Of a stretch of 48,640 nt of DNA, positions 45,405 to 48,640 are shown piece after piece. This DNA is from an uncultured Candidatus Peribacteria bacterium (GTDB taxonomy: Bacteria; Patescibacteriota; Gracilibacteria; UBA1369; UBA12463). Numbering within the stretch: the stretch's first letter is position 1; each line of letters opens with the position of its first letter. The stretch is taken from assembly GCA_964521465.1 (NCBI GenBank), contig CAZFSD010000002.1:1-48640 (forward strand), given 5' to 3'. A program made the translations under genes and the position numbers. Below the pieces are notes generated by a model, which saw only the letters and a list, made by a program, of their open reading frames with translations, made no database searches and was not told the DNA's origin.

Positions 45405-46499
45405 ATGAAAATTGCTCTGGTCCATGACTTTCTTGTGCGGCTTGGAGGCGGCGAAAGAGTGCTTGCGGTGATGGCGAGGATGTATCCGGATGCGCCGATT
45501 TACACCCTGGCGTACGATGAAAAAGCCGTGGGGCATGTTTTTCCACGAGAGCGTGTTCGCGTTTCGAAACTTCAGAAATACCATGTCGGCGGCAAAAGAC
45601 TGTACCGTTATTTTTTGAGTAAAATTCCACAGATCGTCGAGCAGTGGGACTTTTCTGGCTATGATGTCGTAATCAGCTCGAGCAATTCTTTTGCACATGG
45701 AGTTCTTACACCAGTTGCAACTCGCCACATCTGCTATTACCACTCACCAATGCGGTACGCCTGGGATTACACCCATGAATATCTGGAAGAACAGGGTTAT
45801 GGTTTTTTGAAGACGCTGGCCGTGGAAAAGATGCTTCACGAGGTGCGTATGTGGGACCTTATTGCGGCGGATCGGCCGGATGTCGTACTCGCCAATTCGG
45901 AGCATGTCCAGAAGAGAATCGCAAAATATTATCGTCGCGAGAGTGAAGTTCTGTATCCACCAGTGGATATAGATCGATTTGAAGTGCGCAAGAAATCTGA
46001 GGATTATTTTCTCATTGTTTCGCAGTTGAGTCCTTATAAAAAAGTGGATTTGGCGGTTCATTTCTTCAATAAAATCGGCAAGAAGCTTGTCGTCATTGGT
46101 ACTGGCCCACAGGAAGCATATCTTCGCGAAATTGCTGGGCCGAATGTGGAAATTTTGGGATACAAATCGGATAATGAGGTGAAAGAATATCTGCAATACT
46201 GCCGCGCCCTTATTTTCCCGGGTGAAGAAGATTTTGGCATTGTTCCGATTGAGGCGATGGCCTGTGGAAAACCGGTTCTCGCATACGGCCGTGGCGGCAC
46301 GCTGGAGACCGTGGTAAGCGGCGAAACAGGAGAATTTTTCCAGGAATTGACGCTCGAATCGATGGAAGAAGGCTTTGCAAAACTCCTTCTGCATGAGAAA
46401 AAATATGACCCGATGCGTATTCGCAATCACAGCGAACAATTTGCAATCAAACATTTTCAAAAAAATCTGGAAAGGTTTGTAAAGGGTGCCAAAAAGTGA
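45405..46499 (+). CDS. glycosyltransferase family 4 protein
   Basis: MKIALVHDFLVRLGGGERVL and the EX7E region FPGEEDFGIVPIEAMACGKPVLAY. Confidence 0.85.
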   Translation: MKIALVHDFLVRLGGGERVLAVMARMYPDAPIYTLAYDEKAVGHVFPRERVRVSKLQKYHVGGKRLYRYFLSKIPQIVEQWDFSGYDVVISSSNSFAHGVLTPVATRHICYYHSPMRYAWDYTHEYLEEQGYGFLKTLAVEKMLHEVRMWDLIAADRPDVVLANSEHVQKRIAKYYRRESEVLYPPVDIDRFEVRKKSEDYFLIVSQLSPYKKVDLAVHFFNKIGKKLVVIGTGPQEAYLREIAGPNVEILGYKSDNEVKEYLQYCRALIFPGEEDFGIVPIEAMACGKPVLAYGRGGTLETVVSGETGEFFQELTLESMEEGFAKLLLHEKKYDPMRIRNHSEQFAIKHFQKNLERFVKGAKK

Positions 46500-46515
46500 T
46501 AAAAAAACTGTGCCT

Positions 46516-48081
46516 ATGTCTGACCTTTCACTGTACCGTAAACATCGTCCGCAGAATTTTGCTCATCTTGTGGGACAAGACCATGTTCGCGTGACGCTTC
46601 TCAATGCGCTTCAGGAAGGCCGCAGTGTCCATGCTTATCTTTTTTGTGGACCGCGTGGGACCGGAAAAACATCGACGGCGAGACTTCTCGCAAAGGCGAT
46701 CAACTGTCCGAACCGCAAGCAGGACGGCGAACCCTGTGAAGTGTGCGATATTTGCGTGGATATTACTGAAGGACGACTCATTGATCTCATCGAAATTGAT
46801 GCGGCGTCCAATCGTCGTATTGATGAAATTCGTGAGTTGAAAGACAAAATTCATTTTGCTCCGACTCGTGCAAAAAATAAAATTTACATCATCGATGAAG
46901 TGCACATGCTCACGAAAGAGGCATTCAATGCGCTTTTGAAGATGCTCGAGGAGCCGCCGGCGCAAGTCTATTTCATTCTTGCGACAACAGAATCACACAA
47001 AATTCCAGAGACGATTATTTCCCGCTGTCAGCGATTTGATTTCAAGCGTATTGATCCGAAAATTATCATGACGCGCCTGAGTTATATTGCGCAGACGGAA
47101 GGCATCGAGGCTGATGACGCGGCGCTCGAAGCTATTGCTCATCATGTGGAAGGTGGCCTTCGCGATGCTATTGGGCTTTTTGAGCAACTTGTAGCGAACA
47201 AAAAACTTTCTTTCGAGCATGTCCAAAAAATTCTTGGAATTTCTGGACGCGAGGTTTTGACGCGGTTTTTTGATCTTCTTCATGCTCGCGATACGACGGG
47301 ATGCTTCTCTTTTCTTCAGGAACTGTATCGAGAAGGTCATGATTTCAGTCAATTTACCCGCGAATTTATCAACTTTTTACGCGAGAAAATGCTTGCTTGT
47401 GTTTCGCAAAAAAATACCCAAGAACTTGGCTTTCTCAGTCAGAGTATTGAAGCCTTCCAACAAGCTCTTCAAGGCTTAAAAAACACTACCATCCCGCAAC
47501 TTCCTTTGGAAATGGCGGTGGTGAGACTGCTGAATCCTGCGCCGGTTGCGGCTGCGACTGTTGCTGCAACTGAAACGGTCACGCCTGTGGCGCCTCGGCC
47601 TGCGGCTGCCGCTTTGTCCGTGCCCGCACGACGACCAGTTTCAATGACCAGCGCTGCCAAAATTCCTTCGGAGGCGCCCGTGGTGGCGTCCTCGCCTGAC
47701 AATAGCCCTTTGATTCCGCTTGATCTCGCCGTCATTCAAAAGCAATGGCAACGCATCCTGGAAAGTCTCAAAACTCCTTCGATTCGCAACAGCTTGAGGA
47801 TGATGCGACGGTTGGAAGTGGATGGCAATGTTTTACATATTTATGTTTTGTCTGAATTTAATGCGGAGAAAGTGATGGAAACGACTCATCGCGCGGAACT
47901 TGAAGCGTCGATCGAGAAGAATTGTCGCATGTCTGCAAAAATTCAATGCAGTGCAGAAAAGATTCAATTGGAGCCGGAACTTGCGACGCACGCTGCGGCT
48001 GTGTCAGCACCCAGTGCTCCCGCTCCTGATCTTGCCGATGAAGCGGCAGCCATGTTTGGCGGAGAAATTATCGAAGAATAA
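46516..48081 (+). CDS. dnaX: DNA polymerase III subunit gamma/tau
   Basis: LYRKHRPQNFAHLVGQDHV, Walker A GPRGTGKTS, Zn module CPNRKQDGEPCEVCDIC, IYIIDEVHML, SRCQRF, and an Ala/Pro-rich linker. The start is at ATG 46516. Confidence 0.9.
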   Translation: MSDLSLYRKHRPQNFAHLVGQDHVRVTLLNALQEGRSVHAYLFCGPRGTGKTSTARLLAKAINCPNRKQDGEPCEVCDICVDITEGRLIDLIEIDAASNRRIDEIRELKDKIHFAPTRAKNKIYIIDEVHMLTKEAFNALLKMLEEPPAQVYFILATTESHKIPETIISRCQRFDFKRIDPKIIMTRLSYIAQTEGIEADDAALEAIAHHVEGGLRDAIGLFEQLVANKKLSFEHVQKILGISGREVLTRFFDLLHARDTTGCFSFLQELYREGHDFSQFTREFINFLREKMLACVSQKNTQELGFLSQSIEAFQQALQGLKNTTIPQLPLEMAVVRLLNPAPVAAATVAATETVTPVAPRPAAAALSVPARRPVSMTSAAKIPSEAPVVASSPDNSPLIPLDLAVIQKQWQRILESLKTPSIRNSLRMMRRLEVDGNVLHIYVLSEFNAEKVMETTHRAELEASIEKNCRMSAKIQCSAEKIQLEPELATHAAAVSAPSAPAPDLADEAAAMFGGEIIEE

Positions 48082-48082
48082 G

Positions 48083-48114
48083 AAAAGGGCACCCCTTGAA
48101 GTTGGTGCCCTTTT
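48083..48114. terminator. bidirectional intrinsic terminator between convergent dnaX and the right-edge gene
   Basis: AAAAGGGCACC-CCTTGAAGTT-GGTGCCCTTTT: a 7-bp GC-rich stem extended by A/T runs on both sides. Confidence 0.6.
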
Positions 48115-48141
48115 CGTGATTTTTGAAATATTCAAAAGATA

Positions 48142-48640
48142 TTATTCTTCTGAACCTCCCATTGCATCTTCGTAGTTTGCTCTGACCGCTTTGAAGTATT
48201 CAGAAAGACCTTTTTTAACGTCTTTGACATTTCCTTCTGTGATCAAATCTACGAGAGCTGCTGTGTCGTCTTCACAGTCGAGTTCTGCTGCTTGGCAGAC
48301 TTCCTCGATTTTCTGAGCAATTGCCGTCACGTTGTTCAAGTATTTTGCTTTTGTAAGCTTTTTCTTGTTGAGCTCTTTGATTTTTGCATCGAGAGCCTTG
48401 AGTGTGTCGGTGAAGTTTGCATCTTCTTCAGAATCAACATTTGAGAGATCAACATCGATCTTTACTGGAGCTTTTTTCGCTGCCGTTGCTGTTGCTGCTG
48501 GAAGCTGGAAAGAGCTCTGAGTATTAAATTGGAATGTTGGCTGAGTAAATGTTGTTGGAGCTGTAGGACCGAATTTTCCTTGTGATCCTGTCTGTGGACC
48601 GAAGTTACCTCGTGTTTCAGATCCTGTCTGTGGACCGAAG
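48142..48640 (-). CDS. hypothetical protein, 3' part only (the start lies right of the window); FGPQTGS-type repeats plus an acidic helical C-terminus
   Basis: The minus-strand frame is open from the window edge: ...FGPQTGSETRGNFGPQTGSQGKFGPTAPTTFTQPTFQFNTQSSFQLPAATATAAKKAPVKIDVDLSNVDSEEDANFTDTLKALDAKIKELNKKKLTKAKYLNNVTAIAQKIEE...GGSEE*. The track shows only the last 65 codons. Confidence 0.6.
   Translation of the reverse strand, partial: FGPQTGSETRGNFGPQTGSQGKFGPTAPTTFTQPTFQFNTQSSFQLPAATATAAKKAPVKIDVDLSNVDSEEDANFTDTLKALDAKIKELNKKKLTKAKYLNNVTAIAQKIEEVCQAAELDCEDDTAALVDLITEGNVKDVKKGLSEYFKAVRANYEDAMGGSEE

Noticed and set aside
45387-45743. 119-codon N-terminal extension of nfo running into the GT4 gene.
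   Set aside because: It is antisense to the conserved N-terminus of the glycosyltransferase, and endonuclease IV homology begins at MILGYHAS.
46516-48081. Programmed -1 frameshift site in dnaX (A AAA AAG type), as in E. coli.
   Set aside because: I saw no slippery heptamer followed by a structure in the region after domain III. The A-runs present are not in the right context.

Overview
This is a gene-dense 48.6-kb stretch from a small-genome bacterium that uses the standard code (TGA is a stop, e.g. at the end of alr). I support about 50 CDS, 3 tRNAs and a few terminators and regulatory repeats. The gene content and the Cas12a sequence remind me of CPR/Peregrinibacteria-type organisms, but that placement is inference. 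Most of the window is housekeeping: folA-thyA, trxB, phosphoketolase, pepA, rnc-nusB-rpmF-yceD, pdxST, alr, ftsA-like, a full oxidative plus non-oxidative pentose-phosphate cluster (tal, pgi, tkt, pgl, zwf, gnd), a kamA-family gene, comF, polX, nfo and dnaX.

The stand-out is at the left edge. The minus strand from ATG 3560 to position 1 is one uninterrupted 1186-codon frame encoding a Cas12a (Cpf1-like, type V-A) effector. The ORF track misses it because its stop codon lies outside the window. It sits directly 3' of a tRNA-Met, is compositionally foreign, and carries a TnpB-like CPQC where classical Cas12a has no cysteines. No CRISPR array or adaptation genes are visible in the window, so they would have to lie further left.

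Secondary leads:
- a miniaturised sigma-54-like protein
- a three-half-site operator between iscA-like and trxB
- a perfect 23-nt direct repeat after alr
- two unannotated-size Cys-rich ORFs
- an SLT-like protein with no signal peptide
- low-complexity Q/G/P and FG-repeat proteins

All product calls come from motif recognition by eye. No database search was possible.
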